The notes: generated from the letters alone by a model not told the origin. Counted from the stretch's first letter, positions 13,501-27,097 are shown. The stretch: 64,000 nucleotides of DNA from Eledone cirrhosa (GCA_964016885.1 OZ024741.1:103354001-103418000); one strand, 5' to 3'. Made by a program: numbers and translations.

Positions 13501-14642
13501 GGATCTACGGTTTTGGAACAGGCTCTGTGTGGGCAGTGGTCTACGGTTTTGGAATAGGTTTTGTGTGGGTTGTGATCTGCGGATCAGGTCCTGCCTTGTG
13601 TTCGGGGATCTTTGGTTTTTGTTAGTAGGGTTATAGTTTTGTCTATGGTTTCTGGGATTATCGTTATAGTTTTGCTAGGGGTATGTTGGACGTTTTGTTA
13701 CTTTTTTTGTTATGTGTTGTGCATGTGGTGTGTGAGTTTTAGTTTGTTTTAAAAATGGGTTACCTGTATGTTGTTCATTTTTGAAGTCCATTTCGTAGTT
13801 GTTGAACCAGGTGGCGTTTTTTTCCCATCGCTGGAGGGATGTTAGTTCTTCATCCTCACAGTTTTCTTTCCAAAGTTTTAGGTTTTTTTGTAGAGTAGGC
13901 CTTCAGAGTGCTTTGAGATTTCTGTGTCCATCTGTTGGTCGAGTGACTTGAATTTTTCTTCGTTGGAGTTGGCTCTTAATCGCAACAGTTCTATTTCTGT
14001 TTTAAATTTTTCCAATGCCATCTTTTCCCTAAGTCTTTGTTGGTTTTCTGGTTCATTCGGGATGGGTTTTATTTGGAGTTTTTTGGGGAGGATGATTGGA
14101 GTTTAGCAACTTTTCATATATGTCTGCCTTGCCATTATTTTTTAGGAGATTCCAAAGGGCGAATTTGCGGGCTGTGAGCTTTTGAGTCCATATGTTGATT
14201 AGGGTGTTTTTCACTGAGTGGACATCTCGTACATTGGGTTCTAACGGTTGTTTCAGCTTTTGGAGCATTGCTGTTTCAATGGTTTCGATTAGCTTAGTTA
14301 ATACTGGAGTAATATTCGTCTCTTGGGTATTTTCTGTTTCTTCGTGGGGTCCTTTTTTATAGATGTGTATTTGGTCCACTTTGTTGGTCAAAATTGAGAG
14401 TTTAGAGGAAATCTCTTTGAGTTCATTTAAGATGTCCTGGTTCAGTGAGTTGTTGTTTTGTTGAGACTTTGGTGGCATTTTCGGTCTTCGTGTGGTGGGT
14501 ATATATTAGAAAGTGAGGTTTTTTTACAAAATTAAAAATAACCGAGGTGTCCTACACGAGTGAAAGTATAAAGAAAAAGAGATGAAATCGAAAATGCAAC
14601 TGGAGTCTTATTTTTTTTTTAAATATATATATTTATTTGGTT

Positions 14643-14680
14643 CCTTTACCGGTTTCGCAGTTCTTCTGCTTTTCAAAAGG
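14643..14680 (-). ncRNA. Same hammerhead ribozyme in the 5' pLTR
   Basis: Identical sequence to 9634-9671. Confidence 0.75.
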
Positions 14681-14952
14681 TGAGTTGAGATGGAGGGTCT
14701 GTGGTTTTTCTCACATCTGGTTGGTCTCTGAATGTTACTTGTTTTATATAGAAAAAGTGGCTCGAAATGCCAGGTTTTTCGAGAAGTAATTTGATTGGTT
14801 TGTCAATAATTATAATATATACACATATACATATATATATATAAACACATAGACATATATATAAATATATACATATATATACATATACAATTCCAGTCTT
14901 GGAAGACTGGAATTGAACCATCAAGACAGTTGAGGTATGTCATGCATCAATT

Positions 14953-15026
14953 CATATATTTTATCTGATGAGGGCGTACTGAAAAAACAGCACAGTACCT
15001 CCGAAATATATATAATAAAACATATA
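14953..15026 (+). ncRNA. Type-I hammerhead ribozyme (solo pLTR-like)
   Basis: ttttat-CTGATGA-gggcGTACTG...CAGTACctcc-GAAA-tatata-TA-ataaaa: canonical core, stems I and II, palindromic stem III. Confidence 0.85.
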
Positions 15027-15289
15027 TTTTGATTATGTGAACGTATATATACATATATACACACATACGTATATATACATATATACACACATACGCACAT
15101 ACATACACATACACATACATACACATACACACACGCATATATACACAAACATACACATACATACAGCCACTCATACAAATATGTACATACATACACTACT
15201 AAATATACACATATACACATACATGTTTAAAAATGAAGTACGCGCTACATGTGGAAAAAGCAGATAGGTAAGAAGTACTTACATAACCA

Positions 15290-16760
15290 TAATGCCGTGT
15301 TTCGGGTCGAGAGGGGGTAGGGGTAGGGTGGGAAGGAGGTGGAGGAGGTATTTTGTCGAGTAGGGTTTTTAAAAAAAAAATCCTTTTTAGCCATCTGGCA
15401 ACAACTCTGGCTTAAGGTATTTGAAAGTTGCAAAGTTTTTGTGCATGCAATTCGGGCAGTGTTCAGAGAGTTTGTTCAGTAGCGGGCCCTTGGCAAATAA
15501 TATTTCGTAGCTCTCTGAAATACAAAGGTCGCAGCACTTGTATCCTCCCTTGTATGAGCGCGCTTTCAGGAGTATTTTCCATTTAAGCGTGAAGGGGGGG
15601 GGCCTTTTGAGGTCCCAGACATAGGAGGCGAGTGTAGTCTGATTTGATTTGTCCGGTTTTCTGAAAGAATGGGTATGGGCATACCACCGGGTCCTAAAAT
15701 TATTGGAAGTCATGCCAATGTAAGTCTTTTTGTTGTTGCCGTCATCGGTGCCTGAGATGACATCACATTTGTATACGATGTCATTTGTCAGGCATTTGTT
15801 TTCAAGTGGGCAGGTTTCCTCTTTTAGGCAGTTGCACAAGGCTTCCATCCGGGTATTAGTTTCGGAGGTAGTAGGCTTATTTAATTTTTTAAAGATGAGA
15901 TTGGCTACATACCTAGCTAGGTTAGGTGTAGTGGAGTAGGAGAGTCTAATTGTGTTCTTATTGAAGATGGTGTGGTACCTATGTTGTATGGGGAAGTGTG
16001 TGTTCAGCAAAATGAAGAAAGTCCTATCTATAGGTGTAGAGACCTCTCTATTTAAGAGGGGTTGTACCAACTAATCTGCTTATTCCTATTCCTCCTAGGT
16101 AGTCTTGGGGTGGTTTCTAGGTAAGTGATCTTTTCTTTAAATACGCTGCGGGAGAGGGCGTCATTGTAGTAGGAGGTAGAGGCGTTAAATATATCTTCAT
16201 TGGCGGAGAGGCCGGAGATTCTAATTGAGACGCTTTTTACTAAGTTATCTGTGATGTTTTGGGGGTGGCTAGAATTAACATTAATATATCTAAGGGTCTC
16301 ATTAGGTTTGTGGTACGGGTAATAGAGGGAAGTATCTAGGTCGAGAGTGATATCTTAAAGGTTAGCCCTAGTCATATTAGATTCTATGGTTATACTAAAT
16401 CCTATATTTAAGAGATAAACAAGGATTGGTACTCCAATTTGAACTTGTTTACAGTATTCTTTCTGCCATTGTTAATATTATGTCTTTAAAGAATTAGCTT
16501 TTAATGAACTCCCTTTTCTTTAAATCCATCAACCAATGACCTCCACCCATCCCAATCCCCACCCTCTCCTACCACCAGAAAAGAAAAGATATAAATACCA
16601 CCATATTTATTTGGACAGCCAGCTTCCTGAGATGATTTCTCACGAATGAAACAGTTCTAGTCCTGTAGAAGCTTTTCTATATTAAAACATTTATACTCTG
16701 CTATGTATTGAGTACCTTACTTACTGTGGTTACCCTCGATTCAACCCGGAATAACTTATA
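15290..16760 (-). mobile_element. 5'-truncated Penelope-like element (second family) with an inverted pLTR at the right end
   Basis: ORF 15387-16070 has CNC...CPL...CL...IVY...YIG...R...H and CDLCISE (GIY-YIG). RT thumb remnants (DITLDL, PYHKP, SSHP) at 16100-16400. Plus-strand pLTR-type sequence at 16400-16760. Confidence 0.85.
16621..16673 (+). ncRNA. Hammerhead-like motif with a 1-nt core deletion
   Basis: agcttc-CTGAGA...-GAAA-CAG...CTG-TA-gaagct; stems I and III are intact. Confidence 0.6.
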
Positions 16761-16767
16761 TATATAT

Positions 16768-17300
16768 AAGTATTTGTTTTGCAAGGTTTTTGATATGAAA
16801 TCGTGTGTGGAAATAAATATTGTTATACTTGGGGAGGGTCATATTGTTATAATATTACCAGAAATAATAACAGAACACACTCACTGTTTGGTTTGGGTTG
16901 GTTTTCGCTTCTGTATCTTTTATATCTCTATAGTTAATATATTTGACAATCAATGTTTATCATTGATTGACCAGCGGTTAAAAATACAGACATAAATATA
17001 TATATATATAGTCTATCAAAGTTCTTTCGTCGCACATCTGTGACATCATCAGTGGTACTATTAAGTGTCCTCCCATTAAATTGTAATGTCTACGCCATTT
17101 TTATCTTATTTATTTATTTATTTATTTATTTCTTCTTGTCTCTGTCTCTGCACATGCGTTTGCGTGTGTGCATAGTGTTTGGTGCGTGTGTTCGCGTTTG
17201 AGTGTATGTGTTTTTGTTTTTGTATTCTATCTTTGTTCACTGGTGTGTGTTTATATGTGTTTGTTGTTATTGTACTTGTGTATATATTTATGTGCTAGAC
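16768..17300 (-). mobile_element. Solo PLE pLTR (same family as 23780-24330)
   Basis: Clear similarity to 23781-24320 along its length; contains a hammerhead. Confidence 0.75.
17014..17057 (-). ncRNA. Hammerhead ribozyme
   Basis: Minus strand reads tacca-CTGATGA-tGTCacagatgtgcGAC-GAAA-gaac-TT-tgata. Confidence 0.65.
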
Positions 17301-18214
17301 TATCAGAACCAACATAACAAGAATAAAAACAACAAACACATTAATATTGTATTTTGATTTTTTTTTCTTTATTTCATTTATTTAATTAATCAGTTTTCCA
17401 ATGTTTAGATGAAAGTATATATTTGACATGTATTGTAGTGTCATTTATATGCAAAGATATGTAACATGACTTTCTGCGCTCTGAGTTCAAATCATGCCGA
17501 ATTTTGGAATCGATAGAAGAAAGTACCAGCCAAAAGACAATAAATTGGCGGAATTGTTAAAGACTCAAGCAATCTGTTCCTCCGGCTCTGCGCTCTATAA
17601 GTTCAAATCGCGCATCATTTTTCCCGGGTGCTGCAACCGACATATAATATCAGCAATAGAAAGACCAGTGGAAACGTAGTGTCCGTAATCCGATTTAACG
17701 ATCATCTCTTTTCTTTCATAAGTATACTTATTTCATGTTCAGAATCATTCATCAATGCACTATCAGCTCTTTTATTTACAATATCGAAGAACTGCTGGAG
17801 TGAAAGGATTGGAGAGGAAAGGAAATTTACAGTTCACACCTATGTAGGTTTAGCTGGCATCATACGAGGTTGTATTTTATAAGGGGTTTTCTCGTGTGTT
17901 ATTAATATTAGGTGCCCCAGTTCTATCAAGAGCGGCAACGTAAATCGAAGCGTCTTCCTCAAGAATACATTGTGCTGCCCAATCCAGAAATCGAACCCAT
18001 CACTTTATGATCGTGAGTCGAGCCACCAACCACAAGGCCACACCCCTTCACTATTGAGGGGAATGAAAGTAAAGAAATTCATGCCTTTCCTAAAGACCAC
18101 TTTAGGAGTGGAAGAGAGAATATGAAATACACGATAAGCCGTGGATTAAACCCTGATCACAGCGCATAGATTTCACACTTGAGATTACGTTCAATCTTAC
18201 TCGTCTCACATTAT

Positions 18215-19219
18215 TTATAGGTAACGTGTGAACATCGAATGCAGATGTATACCATTGACGAGAATTATTTGGAAAATTCTTCCCAGCATTATCTGTTCTG
18301 GCATTAACGCAGACAACCAGTTAATTTTTAATTTCTCTGGTTCACTATTTAAGTCTCGTAGTTGTCCAGCAACTAATTGTACTATGGCAAAATGCGTGCA
18401 GAGTTTGTAAACTAAAGGTGAAAACCGAACCCATGACCTGGAAGTCGTTGTAGTACTAGTAGTAGCATAAATATTAGTAGTAGTGTTTTGTTTTTCTTTC
18501 AAGTCATTATTTTCGTTTTTGTTTTTAAACAAAGAGCATAGAAATTCCAAACATTCACCGTTACACCATATAATACTGCAGAGTCTTAAGGAAACTTTCC
18601 CAAGGAACAACGGGGAAAGAAATACATGTGAAACTAGGCTTCTTTCTCCGGAGGACATATGCCATAACCAGTTGTGAGATCTTACTGTTACTGCCTCGTG
18701 AGGTTTTTCAACAACAAAGAGTTTTTGACAAGACTGGCGTTGCTGTTCTTCGCGTTTCATCATACATATGACGATAGTGTTGATAAAGAAAATCAACGAA
18801 TTCTCCCACAGATTACTATCCATATACCACATGGTGAAGTGGTTAAGCAGTGTTATAATCAAAATGGTCCCTAACCAACAGTCAACTTCGAAGTATTTAG
18901 AAATAATTGTAAATGTCATGGAATAGCTGATGACAGAAATAAGTGCGAAGTACTGAAGGTAAGATGGTGAAGCCTTCTTTCTTTTTGTTGAACTGATCGG
19001 ATCTTTCGGATTATCGATGCTACTGCTATCGTTGTAATGAATGTCAGAGCCCCGAATCAAAATGAAAACGGTGAACTCCGTCAATTGACTGATTATGAAA
19101 AAGACTTCTTGAAGAAGTAAGTAAGGTTCCGATATTTGCAGGAATATGTTGTAAAGCCATGTCAATGAGTAAGGCACAAACTCTACTGGCACCGTCCAAG
19201 GTAAGAAGAAGAGAAAGAC
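18215..19219 (-). CDS. Last coding exon (334 aa + stop) of a multi-pass ER-type membrane protein, Ice2/SERINC-superfamily-like
   Basis: Intact 1005-nt frame with several hydrophobic segments. Strong acceptor on the minus strand (tttcttttattttccag|GTC) at 19220/19219, phase 0, in frame with ORF 18215..19192 (adds VFLFFLPWT). Motifs LQISEPYLLLQEVFFII, ENSLIF, SPLFLGKVSLR and SPLVYKLCTH recall Ice2. Confidence 0.85.
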   Translation of the reverse strand, partial: VFLFFLPWTVPVEFVPYSLTWLYNIFLQISEPYLLLQEVFFIISQLTEFTVFILIRGSDIHYNDSSSIDNPKDPISSTKRKKASPSYLQYFALISVISYSMTFTIISKYFEVDCWLGTILIITLLNHFTMWYMDSNLWENSLIFFINTIVICMMKREEQQRQSCQKLFVVEKPHEAVTVRSHNWLWHMSSGERSLVSHVFLSPLFLGKVSLRLCSIIWCNGECLEFLCSLFKNKNENNDLKEKQNTTTNIYATTSTTTTSRSWVRFSPLVYKLCTHFAIVQLVAGQLRDLNSEPEKLKINWLSALMPEQIMLGRIFQIILVNGIHLHSMFTRYL

Positions 19220-20914
19220 CTGGAAAATAAAAGAAATGCAAATATTAATTGTTGATTATTGGGATAAGGAAGGCGGCGAATTCTCGTTAGAATGTCAGAT
19301 AGAATATTTTGTTGTATTCGTTTTGGGTCTCTGCGCTCAGAGTTCAAATCCTGTAGCAATCAACCTTGTCTTTCATCATTCAAAATTGTTGACTTTGTGT
19401 CTAAATTAGGAACCATTATTGTAAACTGATATATTTCGACGTCTTGATTGTTATAATCCAAACTTTCGGCTGTTGTACCCATCCACCCTGAGATAACAAT
19501 ATAGTCAATATAATCGTGTTGATTAAATGTTAAGTGAGCTAGTCTACCTGCTGGCCACGAGTTCAATCCCTATGCCAGTGTAACAATATATACACACTGG
19601 TTTAAAGAAAACAAGCAAGTAACATGATAGAGTAACTCATTAACTAATACGAGAATATCCTTGAGAATGGGCGGCAGAATGGGAGCAAGCTACCGCTGTG
19701 ATATGAATAAAAGATTCAGTATGAAATTCTGAGAACATTACGAAATATGACAGACACCTGAAAAGAACCGAAAGATACTACAGCTGATACATTGTGGTAT
19801 AACAACCAAAATGCGGGCACTAATTTGAATAAAGCAGTTTATAATAAAACTAATAAGTGTTGGACATCCGTCGGCTTCGACAACGAATGTTCCAATTCCA
19901 GTAATTCAAAGGGCCAGCCTCGTCACACACTGTCTAACGCTGAATCTCCCCTAGAACTACAGTAATGGTACACGTATCAATGGTATGCTCAGACACTTAC
20001 ACGTTAATTTAACAGGCAGGTTGTTCTGTTGGACAAACAAATGGAAAACGTGTAATCGAAGAGGTTCAACACACGCATATGTATCAACCAAATCACCCTC
20101 AAATAATTGTTTCTACATTTGGCACAAGGCCAGCAATTACCCAGTACATTACTGGTACATTACGTAAGGATGAAAGAGAAAGTTAACCTCGGCGGGATTT
20201 GAACTCAGTCCGTAAAGGGACGTAACTCTATGCTGTAAAGCATGTCGTCCGACCCTCTACCGATACTACCAAAATACCATGCCATCTTTAAAAATGGGAG
20301 AGACCTATTAAATATGACCAAATCAGAATCAACTGGGAACTAAATAACAATAACAACAGCAGTAACATAACTAAAAAGAGTATCTACGTAATCACTAATT
20401 CTGCAAAAAATAACAGCCAAAACTCTTTTAAACCATATTTGATGGTGTTAAATAAAGACACAATGGATAACTTTGAAAACAATACTGATATATTGAAGAA
20501 CATTGTACTATTGTAACGGTGTGTATATGTGTGTTTAATAATGGGTTTCCGGTGTTTCTCCTTACAGGATGTCCTCCAGTTTTATCAATTTCTTCGTATA
20601 TAAAATATGTCCGGTCTATTTCGACAGTTTTAATAAACAGATTATTGGTGGTGAATTAGCAGAGTCATTAAAACCTTATATTAAATGTGCTCTGAGTTCA
20701 AATCCCTACAAGTTCAACTTCAGAAATTAGTTGCGACGTTACTGATGCCAAACTGTATCAACTTGGTGGTGGTGAAAATTGGTGGCGTGAAGAAACAAGA
20801 GTGGTATGCATGGTCGACTGCTGATTTTCCGCATAAACATCTTACTCAGGCTTGTGCCTTAGAGTGGAACCTTCTTGGTACAAAAGCCCTGGATCATTCG
20901 TGACCGAAGGGAGT

Positions 20915-21960
20915 CTATACCCTTATATATAATCCGATGCACGCTATGTGAAGCCCTCTATATTAGCCAAACAGGGCGTCGTTTGGCGAACAGATTCGCC
21001 GAGCACCTCCGGGACATCCGAATAAGTGGCCCGTCTCCCATTGTCCGACATTTTTTCTTCAAAACACCACTAACAACCTCACAATTTTCGGCCTCGTTGC
21101 GTATGCTGGACCACGGGAATCACGCTCCAAGAGGGAACAGCACCTTATTTTTCTCTCCAATTTTTTACCTTACCTGGACTAAACGCACCACCACTTTCCC
21201 CAACCTAGCAACTTCACCATACCCATCACCCTTCCACTCACGCACCCACGAACTACCAAACTATACGTTAGCTCCTCCACCAGCACACCTACTCACATAC
21301 ACCGGCACATGGATAACTTAGCACACCTTCGTATCTGCACATGAGCACTTCTAGCTCCTACTGACCCCCATCACCGCGACCCAACTACTCGCACCCTTTC
21401 CATCCCCTACAACTAACACCAAGCGGCGGCACTACACTCACCCAACCGCTCACACACTTGCACATACTACGTGTGTATGCTTGTTCATCCGCGCGCGTAC
21501 TAGCCACTACAATACACGAAACCTTCCACCCACACGCCCACCCACATACAGCTGCACTAACATGCTGAGGCGGCCGGCGGGCGCTGGCGCGCACGCATTG
21601 ACCCGCATACACGCACACAACCAGCCAATACTACTAATACTCACTAACCCCCACTAATATGGCCAGATCACCCGTACATTCCACAACTAACATAATTAAC
21701 ATCACTAACTCACCCCACCCTTACCTACGCGCGCGTGTGTGTGCGTTTGTGTGCACACACGCACGCATGCATACATGCACCTATACATGCAGCCACACAA
21801 CACACACGAACAAGCACACATCTCGACCTAACAGACATACTGGCATACACACGCGCCGCTATACCTACCTATCTACCTACATACAAACATACTCACCTGT
21901 CTGAGACCGTTCAGGTGAAAATACGTCCTGAGTAGGAAATGGATGGGTAAAATGAACATA
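20915..21960 (+). mobile_element. Degraded PLE 3' fragment (GIY-YIG + 3' UTR)
   Basis: LYIIRCTLCEALYISQTGRRLANRFAEHLRDI, followed by a CA-rich UTR and a degenerate hammerhead-like motif near 21891-21933. Confidence 0.7.
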
Positions 21961-22335
21961 GATGTAAATAGTGACGTGCCCAATATCATATCTAGCTCCA
22001 CTACAATGCCGAGACAAGGAACGTGTTTGGTTTCACCATACACACATGTGTACTATGAATAAACATTAGAAGCTCGCTTTGAACTACATGATTCTGGGTT
22101 AACTTTCGCTGTTAGTAAAATTTGGTAGACGGAAACTGCAGAAGCCCTTTGTGTATATATATATATATATATATAGTAATAATAAAAAATGTGAAGACTA
22201 AAATCCGAAGAGGGCTCGATTAGGATTATATATATAAAGAAGATCCCGTTAAGGGTGAAAGCAGCGATTCTTTGCTAAAACTTTAATCTGTTATTTTAAT
22301 AAATAAATATTTATATATATATATATATATATATA

Positions 22336-23720
22336 TTTAAGTCGCTTGGAAGCCTCGACAATGCAAATGGCTAAATCTCCGGGTAACAAGATCCGGTGGT
22401 GGAGAGAGAGATGTTAAGTGGGTGTACGTTGAGATGCGTGGTGTGTAAAGATGTGTAAATGTGTAGAAGAAAGAAGGGAAGAGTATAAAGGATAAAATTA
22501 AAATAACAACACAAGAGAGAGTTACCTTGGGAGAGATTTAATAGTCCCTATATATTTCGGATTCACATCCATCAACTGGGGTTTTTTTTCCGGGGTAAAG
22601 GTTGTCTGTCGGACAGGTGCGAAACGCGTCCTCCGCTGTTTGTTCTTTTGAATATCTGAAGTATTCGGCAGAGCGCGCGTGCGCGTGAAATGGGGTCGGT
22701 CGGGCAGAGGTCAGCGGCCGAATGAGGGAGTGGGGTGGCGCTAGCTGTCAGTCGATTCTCTGCCTGTTTGTTAAATGTTACTGTGTGTGTGTGTGCGTGT
22801 GTTGTTGTCTCGCTTGAGTGTATGTGTGTGTGCGTGTGTAGTTGCCTTGTTCCTCTGTATTGGCAGTATAGTATGTTCGTATGGTGGAATGCTACTGTGT
22901 GTGTGTGTGTGTAGTTGTCTCGTTTGTGTGTGCGTGTATTGTGTGTTGCTACATCATTTGTTAACTTAAACCAGCCATCTCATTTCGCTTCTCTCTAATC
23001 GGTTGTTTATTTGCGGTTGCAGGCGTTTGATAAAAAGTGCTTCCTTGATACGTAACGTGCCGACGTTTCTTTCAGTCGCTAGAATTGTGACGATGGGCCT
23101 TCCGTCTTTGTTTCCGCATTTTTCTATGTGTTTCCGGAAAGACGAGGCCCTGGTTTTAGTGTGTTCCTTGATCCGGATGTGCAAAGGTCGGATTGTGCTA
23201 CCTATGTAGTATTGGTTGCACCTGTCACATTCTATCTTATACACGACGTATGTGCGTAGGCAACAGTTCGCATGGCGTATCGGGCAATCTCTGAGGGAGC
23301 ATGCGTCAGTAGATTTCCCGGGTTTCTTGGAGAAGCATCTTCGCAGGGAGGGGCCCGAGTGGGTCAGGTGGATGTCGAGGCCCTCCCTGTGTATAGCCTT
23401 GCGGATAGCGTTGGTGGTATTCTCGCCCAGATGTGGAATTTTAAGGAAGCACTTGCCTTGGGTGCCTCTCTGTCTCTTGTGTCTGGTGTCTCCTATTCTG
23501 TCTGTGATCGAGGTAGGGTACCCGTTCGTCTCCAGCACCTCGAGGAATCGCTTGGTATGAGTGACACCACTCGCGGGATCGCTGCATCTGTTTTTGATTC
23601 GCGCGATCATTTACACATCTTTACACACCACGCATCTCAACGTACACCCACTTAACATCTCTCTCTCCACCACCGGAGATTTACCCATTTTCATTGTCGA
23701 GGCTTCCAAACGACTTAAAG
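22336..23720 (-). mobile_element. 5'-truncated PLE with inverted pLTR
   Basis: ORF 22966-23610 (NGYP, VVYKIEC..C...YIGST.R.L..R..EH, EAL.I....P.IN). 22336-22462 and 23608-23720 are inverted repeats. Degenerate hammerhead at 22546-22581(-). Confidence 0.88.
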
Positions 23721-23780
23721 ATATTTATTTATTATTCCACAATGCTTCAAGCAAACTTCAATACTCTCATATATATATAT

Positions 23781-25862
23781 AGTTTTGCGAGGTTTTTGAT
23801 ATGAAATCGTGTGTCGAAACAAATATTGTTATACTTGGAAGGGTCATATTTGTGTAATATTGCCAGAACTAATAACAGAACACACTCACTGTTTGGTTAG
23901 TTTTCGCTTTTCGCTTCTGTGTCTTTTATATCGGTTAATTTAATTTATTCGGTCCTCAATGTTGCCATTGACTGATCAACGGTCAAAAATACAGATACAA
24001 TATAGACACAAACACATATATATAGTCTATCAAAGTTCTGCAACATCGTCATTGGTGCTATTGTTTCCTCCCGTTGCATTGTATATCTACGCCATCTTTA
24101 TTTAATATGTTTATATATTTATTTATTTGTTTATTTTTTGTGTTTTTGTCTTCTTTGTGCATGCGTTTGCGTGTGTGTATAGTGTTTTGTTTCATGTGTG
24201 TTCGTGTTTGGGTGACTATGTATTGGTTAATGTATTCTATCTTTACTAGTGTGTGTTTATATGTGTTTGTTGTTATTGTGCTTGTGTATGTATTTATTTA
24301 TTTATCTATTTATTTATTTATTTATTTATACTTCTCTTAGGTCAGTGTTGTTTGTTTGGGTGTTGTTCTTATTCCATTGATTTTTCTGTTTAGCCTTGGC
24401 CTTCTAAGTTCTATTTCACTGGCCTCTCTGATTTGCCTATCTGCTGGATCATTTCTATGTTTAGATATTATTCTAATTTCTATGTTGTCTATGTTACCGT
24501 CGTGTTGTTGTCTGGCATGTTAGTATAGTACTGAATCGTTTTTTCGTCCTTTTAGTTCCCCCCAGTGTTGGTCTATCCTTTCACCTATGCTACGAGCTGT
24601 CTCGCCTATATATGTTGTTGTCATATTTCTGCAAGTACCCTCTCTACATCTTATGCTATAGATTACGTTTCTAGATACGGAACTCTGGATTAACACTATA
24701 TATGAGAGAGCCAAAATTCTCCACTCACACTATGCTAAACCCATGGCCTCCAAATATCTGATACTCAAAAACTCAGCAATGTCCAGTAGTGCTAAGTTTA
24801 ATATTCTGATCGCAGACTTGGTAAGAGTGATGAAGAACGTGTCCCGCTTGTGCGACCCAACAGAAATGGAAAGACATATCCAACACTTCATCAAACGCAT
24901 GCAGTTCTCTGGCTACAACCAAAGAGACAGAATCAGAGTATACGAAGGAGTCACGGAGAAGTATAAGACCCTCATAGAACTGGACATGAAAGGAGTTTGC
25001 CCATTATAAAGGAGCAAATCATGGAATAGCTTAGATAGGGCTAGACATAAGATAGGGAAAGCCACCTCATGGTACGACAACCAGAGATACCAGAGTGTCA
25101 TGTTTGTGGGCGCTACCCCTGGAGGGAAATTAGCTAACCAGTTTAGAAAGGCCCCGAGAAAGACCCACTTAAAGATTATGGTGGTAGAAAAGCCAGGAAC
25201 CACCATAAAATCCCTGATCAGCAAAATCTACCCTTTTAAGAAAACCCACTATACTAATAGGAAATGTATCATATGTAAAGTAAACCTCCCCGGATAAACT
25301 GTAAAACTAGAAACGTAGTCTATAGCATAAGATGTAGAGAGGGTACTTGCAGAAACATGACAACAACATACATAGGCGAGACAGCTCTAGCATAGGTGAA
25401 AGGATAGACCAACACTGGGGGGAACTAAAAGGACGAAAAAACGGTTCAGTACTATACGAACATGCCAGACAACAACACGATGGTAACATAGACAACATAG
25501 AAATTAGAATAATATCTAAACATAGAAATGACCCAGCAGATAGGCAAGTCAGAGAGGCCAATGAAATAGAACTTAGAAGGCCAAGGCTAAACAGAAAAAA
25601 TGAATGGAATAACAACACCCAAACAACACTGACCTAAGAGAAGTATAAATAAATAAATAAATAGATAAATAAATACATACACAAGCACAATAACAACAAA
25701 CACATATAAACACACACTAGTAAAGATAGAATACATTAACCAATACACAGTCACCCAAACACGAACACAGAAGCGAAAAGCGAAAACTAACCAAACAGTG
25801 AGTGCGTTCTGTTATTAATTCTGGCAATATTACACAAATATGTCCCTCCACAAGTATAACTA
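23781..25862 (+). mobile_element. 5'-truncated PLE with a large inverted duplication of its 3' end
   Basis: Plus-strand RT-thumb/GIY-YIG remnants at 24690-25637 (FSGY, YIGET.R..GER..QH). About 24205-24680 is the reverse complement of about 25308-25770, and 23820-23915 is the reverse complement of 25765-25860. Confidence 0.85.
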
Positions 25863-25914
25863 TATATCTATATATATACATACATATATATATACATATA
25901 TATATATTATATGT

Positions 25915-25956
<42 letters not shown>

Positions 25957-26630
25957 ATGTATGTATGAATATGTATATAATAACGGACCTTTGGAACTGC
26001 ATTCAGTGAACCGCTTGTAACTATTGATACCCACCTACATATCATATATATATATATATATAGGTGTGTGTGTGTGTTTGTGTGCGTGTGTGTGCGTGTA
26101 TGTGTGTGTGTGTGTTTGTGTGCGTGTGTGTGCGTGTATGTGTGTGTGTGTGTAGTAACTAGTCATGTAAGAAACAGTTGTAGTTTGAAAAGGCAGCTCA
26201 CGAGTAAAATTTTCATTTTCCATTTTTCAATTTCCTATTCAATTTCCCATTCTCTTTTCTCTATCTTCCATGATACGTCTGGGTTCAACATAACCCTATT
26301 ACCCTGTTTGTAATTCTGTCGAAGTTATCTGAGATCGTCCTGTCTTGCATCATAATTGGATGATGGAGCTGGGCTATTGAAATATGTATAGTGATTTCAC
26401 GAATTAAAGAATTAAAATTTTACAACATATCTTCCACTCCGGCCTTCCATTGTCGTTTTATAAATGCTTTACTCCGTTCCTGCGCCAACCACTGGATACC
26501 ACATCTACGATGGGTGACTTCCATAACGTTGAGTGGTTTGATGATTCGTTACATCATGATTTGCCTACTAGAACCACCAGTTCTACCCTTAGGTAATCTA
26601 AATAATTAAAATTATATATATATCTATATA

Positions 26631-26944
<314 letters not shown>

Positions 26945-26990
26945 ATGTGACATAAACCACAACAGAAACACAAACCCTCCATCTCAGTTT

Positions 26991-27030
26991 TACTTTTGAA
27001 AATCATATGAACTGTGAAACCGGTAAAGTA
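26991..27030 (+). ncRNA. Hammerhead ribozyme, U3-A8 family (diverged solo pLTR)
   Basis: tactt-TTGAAAA-tcatatgaactgt-GAAA-CCGG-TA-aagta. Flanks resemble the reverse complement of the 9493 pLTR. Stem II is weak. Confidence 0.65.
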
Positions 27031-27097
27031 AATAAATAAATATTCTTAAAAACTCCAGCTGCACTTTCAATTCGAAGTCTCTGCTTCGAAGAATCGA

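Larger units (their letters stand above)
9493..14817 (-). mobile_element. Near full-length Penelope-like element (RT + C-terminal GIY-YIG, Neptune-like) with direct pseudo-LTRs
   Basis: Direct repeats 9493-9808 and 14501-14817. ORF fragments 14053-14478, 12800-13315 (LSKGLKFTP, DKG), 11837-12793 (RPIV, SFDV, GTAMG, RYLDD, LPFLD) and 11063-11563 (CGRSNCGTC, NLIY...YIGQT...R...H). Confidence 0.92.
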
